NCBI RefSeq assembly: GCF_026210795.1
Contig: NC_089431.1
Location: forward strand, 4,588,001-4,652,000
Length of the DNA stretch: 64,000 nucleotides
From: Rhizophagus irregularis
Lineage: Eukaryota
Direction of reading: 5' to 3'
The notes beneath the pieces are model-generated. The model was not told the DNA's origin. It ran no database searches and worked only from the letters and a program-made list of their open reading frames with translations. Position 1 is the stretch's first letter. Each line of letters opens with the position of its first letter. A program made the position numbers and the translations under genes. This document shows, piece by piece, positions 39,002 through 51,829 of the stretch.

Positions 39002-39967
39002 TTTTTTTGTTTTTTATTGCTTTTATAAAAATTATATATAAAAAAATTTCTAATCGATACCTCATTAAATGTTGGAAGAGATTTGATAAATATTATAATA
39101 CCACTTAAGATTTTGTACTAAAAATATGTGCGTCTCGTTATAATAAATCTGGTTTTGTTATGATCACTGATGACGATTAAACAATGTGCATTATGTTCGA
39201 CTGTCCAAATAGTGTATATTTAATTTTTTATTATCGCAGTTTTCAGAATCTGTGTACGTTGTGATTACTGAGTGATTATGATTACAGGACGATTACAGGA
39301 CAACATTAGTCCGGTAATCGTCCTGTAATCTAATAATTTTTTATCAGATGATCTATTGTATGGTAGCACAATTTTGAAAAGCGAAAATTTTATCATCATA
39401 ATATCATGTGTAACAAATGTAACGTTAAAATATCAGTCTAATTATCGACCTAATTGGGACTTTATGGTTAGAATCATAGTTTATGACGCTCATCAAAAAT
39501 AATCATTACGTATTTTTTAGTTTGAACTTTTATCTTGTGATAAGAATTAACACAAATAAGGTTAATCAACACAGCACAAAGCACTTTTCGGAGTTTGAAA
39601 GGATGAAAGATTCTTTTATTATTACGTATACGGTATACTTTTAATTACAAATTTTGTATTCAATAATTAAAAAGTAAATTAGAAAATGAAAATCAACAAA
39701 TAAACCTTCTTTAATTAAAAATCGGTCTCACTTTATGGTTATACATATCAATTACTAAATAATCAAAAAATGTAATACTAAAACACGCCTTTTCAGAACA
39801 CATTTGAAAGCCCCTATTTCATTTAAATAATATCAGATATCCTATTATTCCTATATTAACTATATATATCCTGCTAATCGGAATAATTGGAATAATAATT
39901 TCTCCGTTTGTAAGTAAAAAACTTTTTTAAAAAAAAGAATTTATTTCATTGTAAGATTTTACTGTAC

Positions 39968-41206
39968 ATGACTATGTCCGATAAAACTAAATCTGTTTCT
40001 TCGGCGCCTGCTTACTGGTCTCATAATAAAGCGTGGATTAATTGGATTGAAGATGGTATTTCGAAGAAACATATTAAGTATTATGACAATAATGGCTTTT
40101 CCAACCTTAAAGTAATTGGTTCTGGAAGCTTCGGAAAAGTCTATAGTGCAGAGTGGAAGAATTTTCGTAGTATATTAGCATTAAAAACTCTCACCGACTC
40201 CACAGCTGAAAAAGTTGTTGATGAGGTAAGATATACATTATACTGTATATTTCCGTCTTTGTAATAAATATATTTCTAATATTTCTAATTAAAAATTTAT
40301 TTTTATCATTAGCTTAAAATCCAGCGCGAAGTACACTGTTATGATAATATTATCAAGTTTTATGGCATTACAACAGGTATAATAATTTGATATAACTTGT
40401 TTGTAATAATCTAAATTAAACAATTATTTTTTTATAAGATATTCGAAATGATAATTCAAAGAAATATATGTTGGTAATGGAATATGCCGACAGTGGTACT
40501 CTTCAAGAATATCTAGAGAAAAATTTTAAAAATCTCACATGGAGTGATAAATTCAAAATGGCACATCAATTAGCTTACGCAGTATTATGTTTACATGGCG
40601 AGAAGATTATTCATCGCGACTTGGTAACTGAACTTGATTATATTAAATTGTATATATTTACGAATATGAATTCATAATTTAATTAATTATATTAAATAAT
40701 GATAATAGCATCCCAAAAATGTGTTGGTCCATCAAAATACCATCAAATTGGCTGATTTTGGATTATCAAAAAGGACTGATGAATTTGTTAAATCAAAATC
40801 AGCACCCGGAGTAGTTCGGTATGTTGATCCAAAAAAATTCACGGTGGATCCTAAAAAATACTCCTTAAATGAAAAGAGCGATATTTATAGTATTGGCATA
40901 CTTTTATGGGTGATATCAAGTGGTCGGCCACCTTTCGAGGGTAAAGGCGATTATTTTTTAATTGTGAATATTCCGAAAGGATTTAGAGAAGAGCCTATTT
41001 CAAATACACCTAAGGACTATGAAGAGATTTATACTGGTAAATATATTGATTTAAAATAATCTCAACAACATTTACTAGTATTGTTAACTAATTAAAATTT
41101 TATAGATTGTTGGAAATATGAACCAAATGATCGTCCAGATATCGAAGAGGTAGTTACAAGATTAGAAACAATTATTGCGATAGATAAAAGTACAAATGAA
41201 TTTTAG
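39968..41206 (+). CDS. TKL-type kinase K6, kinase domain only, ~311 aa
   Basis: Exons 39968-40225, 40313-40376, 40439-40623, 40709-41036, 41106-41206. The TAG at 41204 aligns with CAG (Gln) in K7, so the tail was cut by a nonsense change. Confidence 0.8.
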
Positions 41207-41474
41207 TCATATGACTTTAATGCGCCTCCTTAAATAAAGTAAAATAAATAAATAAAATAAAAATAATCGTTCAAGTCAAAAATTGTCGGATCTAATAAGA
41301 TAAAAAAAATAACGCAGTACAAAGTTCGATCTGCTGCGGTAAATACGATAGAGGGAAGTTAAAACTAAACGAAATTAATAAACTTAATATTAATAATATT
41401 AATACAGAATCGAAATATTCAATGCGATTATAAGAAAGTGAAAACAATTTTATTAAAAAAAAAAAAAATCTACG

Positions 41475-42186
41475 TAACCACCCTATAGCCTGATCCGGGT
41501 TACACGTGATTTTAATGATCTCATGTCGATCATCCACGACATGTCGTCGACACATGACATAATTTTTTCTTGATCAATTTTAAATCAGTTTTTTTTTCTC
41601 TTCATTTTAATGAACTGTTTTTATTTGATTATGTCAAACCAAGTTCCTGAATATAAAAGGTGTTATCATAAAAAAGTGTTTACGTTGCCGAAATAATACA
41701 AAGACTATTTGCAGGAAATACTAAATATAAACGAATATTGTGATATAAAAAATTTAATTTTTAATTTTTTATTGATGTACTGCAAATATTTATTAAGAAT
41801 TATTAGAAGAATCACGTAACAAGCCAAAACGGCATTTATGATTAAAAAATGTTCGTTCTAATTTTAATTCATTGGAAAAATGAATAATGGTATTATAGCA
41901 CTTCAAAATCGTAGAACTATTCCGAGAACTTGGAAAGATTTAATAAGAATATAAGGTATTGGGAATAGTAGTATTAAATTTTCAGAAACATGTTTAAATA
42001 AAATAAATAAAAATATGCATGTTGTGCTTTGATAAAATTCTGACAATTGAGATATGTATAAATATGAGTTTATTTGAAAATTATTACAATGGTCGAAATA
42101 CTTATGAAAGTACCGAAATTCATTATCCGAAATCACGTGTTAACCCGGCAAATTAGATCCGGCTACCATTTTTTGGAGGGTGGTTA
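41475..42186. mobile_element. putative TIR element remnant
   Basis: Ends taaccaccct / agggtggtta, with a subterminal inverted pair ccgggttacacgtgatt / aatcacgtgttaacccgg. TSD ambiguous (TA or TAA/TTA). Confidence 0.5.
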
Positions 42187-43099
42187 TACTTGGGTCATGT
42201 GTACGGTAAATGAGAATTACCATAGACGACATGTCGACATGACTACGTGTTTAAGATAATCATGAATAATCCAATTTCTTTTTCGGGTTGTTTTTTTTTC
42301 TTTCAAATTTCCTTTTTTTCGGGTTAAGACCGAAAAAATTTTTTCGATTTTTTTTTCATTTTTTTCCTATTCCGTTCTGCAAGGACTTTATGGTTAAATC
42401 AATTATTAACCGAAGTCACGGTGATTAATTCCAAATTCCAATTTCGGCGATAAGAAAATATTGAAAAAGCATGTCAATTCCTTCGAGTTAAATAACTACT
42501 ATTCAGTTGGATTTGCTTCATCAATATGAATCTAACATTGTATATCACTTTTCTAGATGGATTTAAGTTGAAATTTGAAAATGATGGTGTATATATGATT
42601 TATATATATTCGTTTCATTCCAGCTATTCCTAGCTTTGTTACAAAATTGTGCAAACGTTAAAATAAATAAAGTTACAAGGTCATTCGTTATATATAATAT
42701 AAAATATCTATTTGGCCGTTAAATAAGCATACTTTAAATCTACTGCAAATCAAAAGTAAAGATTACTTATTAATGTAAATAAATTCGCTTTGTAACTTTC
42801 AATCTTGATATCTAATATATATTTGAGCTTTTTTTTTAAAAAAAAAATGAATTCATGCAAGTTATAAAGTTATCGAAATTTATCCAAAATTCTTTATTAA
42901 ATTTTATATAAAACATGTTTTGTTTTGATATTACAGAGACGGATTTATGAAAAAAATTTTTTTGTAACGTACTGTAACAATGAACGCTGAATATCCATCA
43001 TAATCGATCGTCATAAAAAAAAAAAATTTGTGTTACGTCAATCAACTTTGGTGCATAAATGTTCATAAAGGTTCGTATTGGGTTTAAATAAAATTTATA

Positions 43100-43740
43100 A
43101 ATATTTCTTTTCCACTTGTTAATGCTCTTTAATAACAAAGAATGCAAATGGAAGCCTAATAATGTTTCCAAATATGAAAAATGTTATCCAACTTTAGAAA
43201 TTGTTGCGACTATTATACATTTCATGCATAAAAAAACTATAAATTAAGTTTTTTAATGTCTTTTTAATAACAAAAAATGCAAATGAAAGCCTAATAATGT
43301 TTCCAAATATGAAAAACGTTATCCAACTTCAAGTATAGTTGTTGACTTGTTGGTATGTATGGAAATAATAAAAACCGTGCATTTCATACGTAAAAATCTA
43401 TAGATTAAATTTCCTAATGCCTCTTTAATTACAAAAAAATGCAAACGAAAGCCTAATAATGTTCCCAAATATGTTATCCAACTTTGAGCATAGTTGCTGG
43501 TACGTATGGAAATAATAAAACCGTGCATTTCATGCATAAAAATCTATAAGTAAATTTCCTAATGCCTCTTTAATTACCAAAAAATGCAAACGAAAGCCTA
43601 ATAATGTTCCCAAATATGAAAAACGGTAAGCATTGTTGTCAACCTAAGATCCGATGTCCGATTGCAATGTAATGTCATATATCAATTAATATTATCTAGT
43701 ATGTATGGAAATAGTAAAATCCATACATACATTTCATTCA
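43100..43740. repeat. four degenerate tandem copies of the upstream module otherwise found before K8-K12
   Basis: aatgcaaa(t/c)g(g/a)aagcctaataatgtt(t/c)ccaaatatg at ~43141, ~43277, ~43438 and ~43583, with tatggaaataataaaa spacers. Confidence 0.8.
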
Positions 43741-43952
43741 TATTATGATCTATTCAATGCTTGGCGCAACATTCTGTTTTAATCCAAACAAAGAAAAATT
43801 TAAAAGTAAAATAAATTTATGTCTCAATGATTGATTACAATATTTAAATGAAACATGATTCCCTTAGTATCCATTTTTTTTTTAAAGAAAAAATCTAATA
43901 GATTAATGAACGCTATTTTTTTTTCTTCATGTATTAAAAGAAAATCGAGAAA

Positions 43953-44565
43953 ATGAAAGACAAAGTATTATACGCAGCATTAAGTGCTATTGCGAATAAC
44001 ACGATTCTTCCTTATAATAATTGTTCTGGAAATAATAAATTTATTCCTCGTAATGGTTATTCTGGAAATAATCTATTGGATGAAATATCTTTTCATCAAT
44101 CTCATTTGGTTGGCGGTAAAATTCCTACTAACAATATAAATAATAATGACGGACAATCAAGAATACCGTGGCGTGAAAATTCAAAAGTATTAATAGGGAC
44201 AGATTATAATAGTAATCGTAAAAAATTCTAAAGAGCCAAATTTTTTAGACGAAATTACGTATTCGTTAAAACATTAACGGGTAAAACTATAACAGTAGAT
44301 GTTGATCGGTTATCTCTTGTGTAAAGGTAAACGATTCTTATTTGGCAATGGAATTTATTCCACTCCAGATATTGATGTTGCGTATCGATATGCTACTAAA
44401 TTCACTCTTGACGGGATGAATATAGAGTCGTGTTTCAAAATAGAGTTAATCCAAATACTTTAATTAGAATTTCAAAAGAAGAAACTGGAATTGGTGAATA
44501 TTGGATTTCCCCAGATGGAGCGGATTTTCGTCCTTATGGTATCTGTATCAAGAAAGAATTTGTTA
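43953..44565 (+). pseudogene. ubiquitin-like / ADP-ribosyltransferase (PARP-like catalytic fold) fusion gene relic
   Basis: YVFVKTLTGKTITVDVD at 44256-44306 resembles the ubiquitin N-terminus. It is joined out of frame to GYLLCKGKRFLFGNGIYSTPDIDVAYRYA../..YRVVFQNRVNP..GEYWISPDGADFRPYGICIKK. In-frame stop at 44229-44231, internal deletion at ~44307, frameshift at ~44415. Confidence 0.75.
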
Positions 44566-45264
44566 GCGCTTATTTATTTATTTCTTTAGAACATTCATTA
44601 TCCTAAAATACATTATTTGACGCGTCTCAAAGTCTGTTATGATAAATATTGCATATCTCTATGATCACTGGAAGAGTTAATGTGTAGTCTTGATGCGAAA
44701 ATGATCATCACTCAATTTCATGTGTGACAAACAAAAGCATTTTTTATTATCGTCATAAAGTCCGACTTTATGGTTAGATTGATCGTCAAAACCAGTCTTT
44801 GGCGCAAATCGATAGTCTTGAAAAAGCTACTTTTCAATAAAAAAAAAAGGTGAAAGAAACTCATTTAACTCCGAATGAATAAAAAAAAAATAGAATAGAC
44901 CTTTATTATTATTAGTATTACATATGCTTTTATTACAAATATGTATTTTTAAATATAGTATTCAATTTTTAAAAATGAAATTTAAATAAATTAAAAATCG
45001 GTCCCATTATCACCTTAATTTGGACTTTATGGTTAGATCAATTAATAAACAATCAAAAAAAATGTAGTACTAAAACACAATACATTTGAAAACCCCTATT
45101 TCATTCAAGTTCTGCAAGTAAATCAGTTGTCCTATTTATTCCCATATTAACTATATATATTCTGCAAATCGGGATAATTGTTTCTCCGTAATGTTTATAA
45201 TAATAAACTTTTTTTAAAAAAATTATTTCATAGTAATATTTTACTGTACGGTCTGTACCTGACT

Positions 45265-47081
45265 ATGTCCGATAAAACTAGGTCCGCCATTTCAGTACCT
45301 ACTACTTATCGGTCTCAGCAAATTGATGATAAATGGATTAAATGGATTGAAGATGGTATTTCGAAAAAACATATTAAGCATTATGATTATAAAGGCTTTA
45401 AAGACCCTAAAGTAATTAGTTCTGGAAGCTTCGGAAAGGTTTCTCGTGCATATTGGAGAAATTTTCGTAATGTATTAGCATTAAAAACTCTCAACGACGA
45501 CACAGCTGAAAAAATTGTTTATGAGGTGGGACATATAGTTTATATTTCCGTCTCATAATTAATACATTTCTAATATTTCTAATTAAAAATTTCTTTTTAT
45601 CATTAGCTTGAAATCCAGCGCGCAGTACACTCTTGTGATAATATTATTAAGTTTTATGGCATTACAACAGGTATAATAATTTTGATATTACTTGCTTGTA
45701 ATAAATTAAATTGAACAATTGTTATTATTTTTTATAAGAAATTCGAAATAATAGTCCAAAGAAATATATGTTGGTAATGGAATATGCCGACAGTGGTACT
45801 CTTCGAGAATATCTAAAGAAAAATTTTATAAATCTCACGTGGAATGATAAATTCAAAATGGCATATCAATTAGCTTGCGCAGTATTATGTTTACATGAGG
45901 AGGATATTATTCATCGTGACTTGGTAATTTATTTGTGTTATATTACATGTATTATATTTATTATGCATTTGTAATCTTATTTTATTTATTATTATATAAT
46001 AGCACTCCAGCAACGTGTTAGTCCACCAAAATACCATCAAATTGGCTGATTTTGGACTATCGAAAAGGATTGATGAATTAGTTAGATCAAACTCTGCAAC
46101 TGGCATGGTTCGGTACGTTGATCCAAAAAAATTCACGTTGGATAAAAAATACTCTTTAAGTAAAAAGAGCGATATCTATAGTATTGGAGTACTTCTATGG
46201 GAGATATCAAGCGGGCGGTTACCTTTCGAGGGTAAAGTCAATTTTTATTTAATTGTCAATATTCCGCAAGGTCTTAGAGAAAGGCCTATCCCAAATACAC
46301 CTAAGGACTATGAAAAAATTTATACTGGTAAATATATTCAAAAGTTAAAATTTGCAATAAATTAATAATATTGCTAATATTGGTAACTAATTAAAATTTT
46401 ATAGATTGTTGGAAAGATAAACCAGATGATCGTCCAGATATCGAAGAGATAGTTACAAGATTAGAAACGATTATTGCGGAAAATGATAGTACAAAAGATA
46501 TTCAGTCATATGATTCTAATTCATATGTCCAGAAACCTCCTAAGCCTCTTTCAATAATCGAGAAAAATAATAGTACAAAAGATTTTCAGTCTTATGATTT
46601 CAATTCATATGTCCAGAAACCTCTTAAGCCTCATTCAAGATTAGAAACAATTATTGCGAAAAATAATAGCACAAAAGATTTTCAGTCATATGATTTCAAT
46701 TCATATGTCCAGAAACCTCCTAAGCCTCTTTCAATTATCGAGAAAAATAATAGTACAAAAGATTTTCAGTCTTATGATTTCAATTCATATGTCCAGAAAC
46801 CTCTTAAGCCTCATTTAAGATTAGAAACAATTATTGCGAAAAATAATAGTACAAAAGATTCTCAGTCATATGGTTTCAATTCAGAACCTCTTAGGCCTCA
46901 TTCAAGATTAGAAACAATTATTGCGAAAAATAATAGCACAAAAGATTCTCAATCATATGATTTCAATTCAGATGTCCAGAAGCCTCTTAGGCCTCTTTCA
47001 AATTTTGCAAAAGATTTTTATTCATATAGTTCTGATGATGATATCGAACAACTTATTAAAATGATTAGTAATAATCCGTAA
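45265..47081 (+). CDS. TKL-type kinase K7 with a tandem-repeat C-terminal tail (no Sel1), ~503 aa
   Basis: Exons 45265-45525, 45607-45670, 45739-45923, 46003-46327, 46405-47081. The last exon is absent from the ORF track but is open when translated by hand. Confidence 0.85.
46458..47000 (+). repeat. coding tandem repeat, six units of 84-96 bp with a 180-bp higher-order period
   Basis: Encodes (RLET)II(A/E)KNNSTKDFQSYDFNSYVQKP(P/L)KP(L/H)S six times with variants. Confidence 0.9.
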
Positions 47082-47936
47082 TTCTAATAAACGTCATTAT
47101 AAATTTATCGAGAGTAAATTATTAGCCAAGATGTAATAAACATATTCATATTTAACTATTTAGTAATTGTCATTATTTTCGACATATTTCTAATACAATT
47201 ATGTCTATAATTTAATGTTATAACTTTATATTGGCCCAACTTACAATTATTTGATAATTTATTGATATCGGTATAGTATAAAAGAAGTATTAAAACAAGA
47301 ATTTTTAATTAATAAAGGAACATACAGATATTTGAAAGTCATTTTAAGATAAATATGATTTATACCGTATAACGAATAAAAATCGAGCTAATCAAATACA
47401 TTCCATAGATTCCATAGATTCCATAGATAGCCATACGACTTTGTTTATCCAATGATCGACAGTTGTATCGTAATAATTTTTCCAATTGTCAATGTTTCTA
47501 TAATAACTAAAAATCTTTATTAAATTTTTATTATTACATGTATTTTTGATTTACATAGTATAAGTGTATAATCACGCACCCGATTTAGAAAAAAACATTT
47601 TTTATGCATTATAATAGCAATTACAATGAAAATCTCATGTTACAATTTCTTCTATTTAACGTTGACAATCAACTTTGGAGATGTTACAAAATGTCATAGA
47701 AGCTCGTATTGGGTGTAGATAAAATTTTCATTCTCTATATTTTTTTTCCGCTTATTAATGCCCTTAATATATATGGAAATAATGAAAAACTATACATTCA
47801 AAACATAGAAAACTCCATTCTTTTTTATCTCAATGATCGACTAGGAGTAATAATTTTCCGATTAATGTTTTATAAACTTTATAAACTCGCAAAAAAAAAA
47901 AATATTTTCGTAGTAAGAACAATCTTGTACATAAAA

Positions 47937-50191
47937 ATGTCTTACAGCAATAAACCAGATTGGATGAATTGGATTGAAGAAGCTATTTCAAAAAAACGTA
48001 TTAAACAATATGATTATAAAGACTTTTCTAACTTTAAAGTAATTAGCGACAGAGGCTTCGGAAAGGTTTATCGAGCAAACTGGAAAAATCCTCGTAATAC
48101 TTTAGCATTAAAATCTCTCAACGACTCTACAGCTGAAAAAATTGTTTACGAGGTGATTACATTATAACATAAAGTATATTTCGTCTTTATAATAAATTTA
48201 TTTTCCAATTAAAAAATTCTTCTTTATTATTTTATAGCTTAAAATTCAGCGTGAAGTACATTTTTATGATAATATTATAAAATTCCATGGTGTTACAATA
48301 AGTATAATAATTCTAATATTTGTTTTATATGATATTTTAATTTAATTATGATTAAATAATAATATTTCTTTTAATAAGATAAACAAAATTATAGTCCGAT
48401 GAAATATATGTTGGTAATGGAATATGCCGACAGCGGTACTCTTCGAAAATATCTAGAAAAGAATATCGGTAATCTCACATGGAATGATAAATTCAAAATG
48501 GCACATCAATTAGCTTGCGCTATATCATGCTTACATGATGAGAAGATTATTCATCGTGATTTGGTAATTTTAATATTTACTATATTTACTGTATATTATA
48601 TTACATATGTTATATGTATTTTGTATTTGTAATCTTTTTAATTTATTATTATATAATAGCACTCGAGCAACGTGTTAGTCCATCAAAATAATATCAAATT
48701 GGCTGATTTTGGATTATCAAAAAATATTGATGACAAACAATATGGTGTAATTCCTTATATTGATCCTAAAAAATTCTCCAAAGATTCATACTCTCTGAAC
48801 CAAAAGAGTGATGTTTATAGTATTGGTGTGCTTCTATGGGAAATATCAAGTTGTCGGCCACCTTTCAAAGACGAATCTAATCAACATAGATTACTGAATC
48901 AGATTTTGCAAGGTCTTAGAGAAACACCTATTCCTAATACACCTAAGGATTATGAAAAACTTTATACCGGTAAATATATTTTAAAAGTTTTAATTTTGAT
49001 TTAAAGTATAATTAATAACATTGATGATATTGTTAATTTATAGATTGTTGGAAACCTGAATCATATGATCGTCCAACTATTCACGATGTAGTTGCTAGAC
49101 TAGAAGCAATTATTAGTAAAATCACAAAATATTGGACACCTCCTATTAATAATTCATCCCATTCATCACGTAATCATCCATCACTTTCATCACATAGTAA
49201 TCCATCACTTTCATCACGCAATAATTCATCGCTTTCATCACGTAATGATTCATCGCTTTCATCGCGTAATAATTCATCGCTTTCATCATGTAATGATTCA
49301 TCACTTTCATCACGTAATGATTCATCGCTTTCATCACGTAATAATTCATCGATTTCATCACGTAATGATTCATCACTTTCATCACGTAATAATTCATCGA
49401 TTTCATCACGTAATGATTCATCACTTTCATCACGTAATAATTCATCGCTTTCATCACGTAATGATTCATCGATTTCATCACGTAATAATTCATCACTTTC
49501 ATCACGTAATGATTCATCGCTTTCATCACGTAATAATTCATCACTTTCATCACGTAATGATTCATCGCTTTCATCACTTAATAATTCATCGATTTCATCA
49601 CGTAATGATTCATCGCTTTCATCACGTAATAATTCATCACTTTCATCACCTAATAATTCATCACTTTCATCACGTAATGATTTGTCACAAAGTTTCAAAC
49701 AAAAAGGATCTAAATCTAAGAAAGATGTAGTTGATGGAATAGCTACTCTTCCTTATAAGTTATATGATGGAAATAAAAAACAGAGAATTCTTGATTACCT
49801 TGAGGATCATCATGTGACCTCAATAGAAATTTTTGACTGGTTATTAAATAATCAAAATTATCCAAATTCTCTTCTTGTGTTGGGAGATTTTTATTATTTA
49901 GGAATTGCAACTATGGTTGACAAGAAAAAGGCTTATAATTTTTATGAGAGAGCAGGAGATGGAGATGATGGACTAAGCATAGCTCAATACAATCTTGGAG
50001 TTATGTATGAAATTGATAAATTAGGCGACACATTTGCAGCAATGTATTGGTATAATAAATCAGCTAAACAGGGAAACCATATAGCTTGGGAAGGTTTAAA
50101 TAGATTACGAAATGCTCCAAATAAGATTATTACTGCAAATAGTATTGATAAATTTAATGATACGAGTATTTTTTTTTCACTTTTTAAATAA
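47937..50191 (+). CDS. TKL-type kinase + 22x Ser-rich linker + Sel1-like repeats, K8, ~640 aa
   Basis: Exons 47937-48152, 48238-48301, 48379-48563, 48660-48969, 49044-50191. G-loop reads SDRGFG; shortened activation segment DFGLSKNIDDKQYG. Confidence 0.88.
49148..49675 (+). repeat. coding 24-bp minisatellite, 22 units, N(N/D)SS(L/I)SSR
   Basis: Unit aat(a/g)attcatc(a/g)(c/a)tttcatcacgt, in frame with K8 exon 5. Confidence 0.95.
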
Positions 50192-50964
50192 TAATAAATT
50201 TTATTTGTTTTTGATATTTTCATTAAATTTTTAATAAAAGAAAGAATTATAAAGATTTATAAAGATTTTTTGATAATTTTGTTATGAAAAAAGTCAAAGG
50301 GATCTGATAGGTAGCATAAATTACGGTTACATTAAAAGTGTAGTTATAAAAAATCAATTAACCCGTTTAAAGAATAACTGCTCTAACTCGTTGAAAAATT
50401 TTCTTAGCTACTTTGGAACCTCTCGTCACGTCCCTTATAGTGCCTTTCTTATGATATCATTCATTAAAACTCTACACGATCTCATTATTTTCATGGGTGT
50501 TTTATCTTCTTTTCTTTATACCTATCCATTATCACTTTTCTTTCTATGAGTTGGTGGTCGTTTTTATTACCTTTCTTCGTTTCCAAAGAATTTGATAAGT
50601 GGATTCAGTTGGTTTTCCGAAGACCCTTCGAAGTTAAACACCGATTTCTTCAATATTTCGCCCGTTACATAATATTATAATCGTCGAAAAAAAGCAATAA
50701 TTTCTTCCGCTTGGAGCTATGACAATCAAATTTTGAGATGTATAAAAATGTCATAAAAGTTCATATTAGGTTTAGACAAATTTATCTATATTTCTTTTCC
50801 GAAGCCTAATAATGCTCCAAATATGTTATTCAACTTTGGAAATATTAGCATAATATCCGATTATGATGTTATTCATTACATATTACTTTATTTTTATATA
50901 AATATGGAAATAATAAAAACCATACCTACCGTAAATAGAAAACCATATACGTTCATAATTCTGA

Positions 50965-51130
50965 GTGATTGAAGATGGTATTTAAAAAAAAAAAGAGCTT
51001 TTAAATATTATCAGTATAAAAAACTTTTAGTAATTGTTCCGGAGGCTCTCAACAATATACGGTCGAAAAAAACAGTTTATGAGGTGGTTACATAATTTAT
51101 AATTTCGTCTTTATAATAAATACATTTTTA
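50965..51130 (+). pseudogene. relic of a kinase exon 1 and start of intron 1
   Basis: gattgaagatggtattt...tccggaggc...tttatgag|gtggttacataat...ttcgtctttataataaatacatttt matches paralog exon 1/intron 1 with large deletions; preceded by the same upstream module. Confidence 0.7.
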
Positions 51131-51829
51131 TTAGAAATTGTTTTCATTAAATCAAGAGCGATGTGATTTTGTTTATGAATCATGAAATACAAAGTATAAA
51201 AACAATTAAGAGTTATAAATTTATAATAAAAAAAAATCTAATTTCTTTTTAGTAATATAAACAAACTAATAATAAAATAGCAAAATGATTTATTTATATA
51301 TACAGTATAAAATATGTACAGTGCAGTATCAAGTACTTTCCTTTCATATAATATTTTTAGACTAGTATGCATGATTCACAAAGAAATTCGTGTAACAATA
51401 CGAAATCATTTTACAGATAATAAGAAAATACGCTATAATTATTTTGGCTAAATGGTATTTATGGCTTAATACTTTTCAGAGTCATAATAACGCCATTTAC
51501 AAAAATTGATAAGGAATTCAACAAAAAAAAAGGAACAAAAACAAGGTGAAAAAGATCCATTTCATCAACTCCGATTTCATGGTTAAAAGATTTATGGTAA
51601 TAATCATTATCACTATAACGAATTCCCAATTTGGCACAAATTAATTACTCAAATATACTATTATTACATACTTTTTCTTGTCTTTATTATAACATTTAAT
51701 TGTTTATAATGAAATGAAATGATCATGTCGGAATAGTTGGAATAATAATTTCTCCGATTGTAAATATTGCTTATAAATAAATCCTTTCATTTAAAATTTT
51801 TCATCAGTAAGAATTATCTGTTAATAACT

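Noticed and set aside
44256..44310. Functional ubiquitin gene
   Set aside because: Only ~17 residues of the ubiquitin N-terminus, then a deletion junction and stop; no C-terminal GG.
49146..49730. His-rich, MK-rich and DES-rich ORFs in alternative frames (also 33000-33194)
   Set aside because: Shadow frames of the 24-bp minisatellite; only the Ser-rich frame is continuous with the kinase and Sel1 exons.
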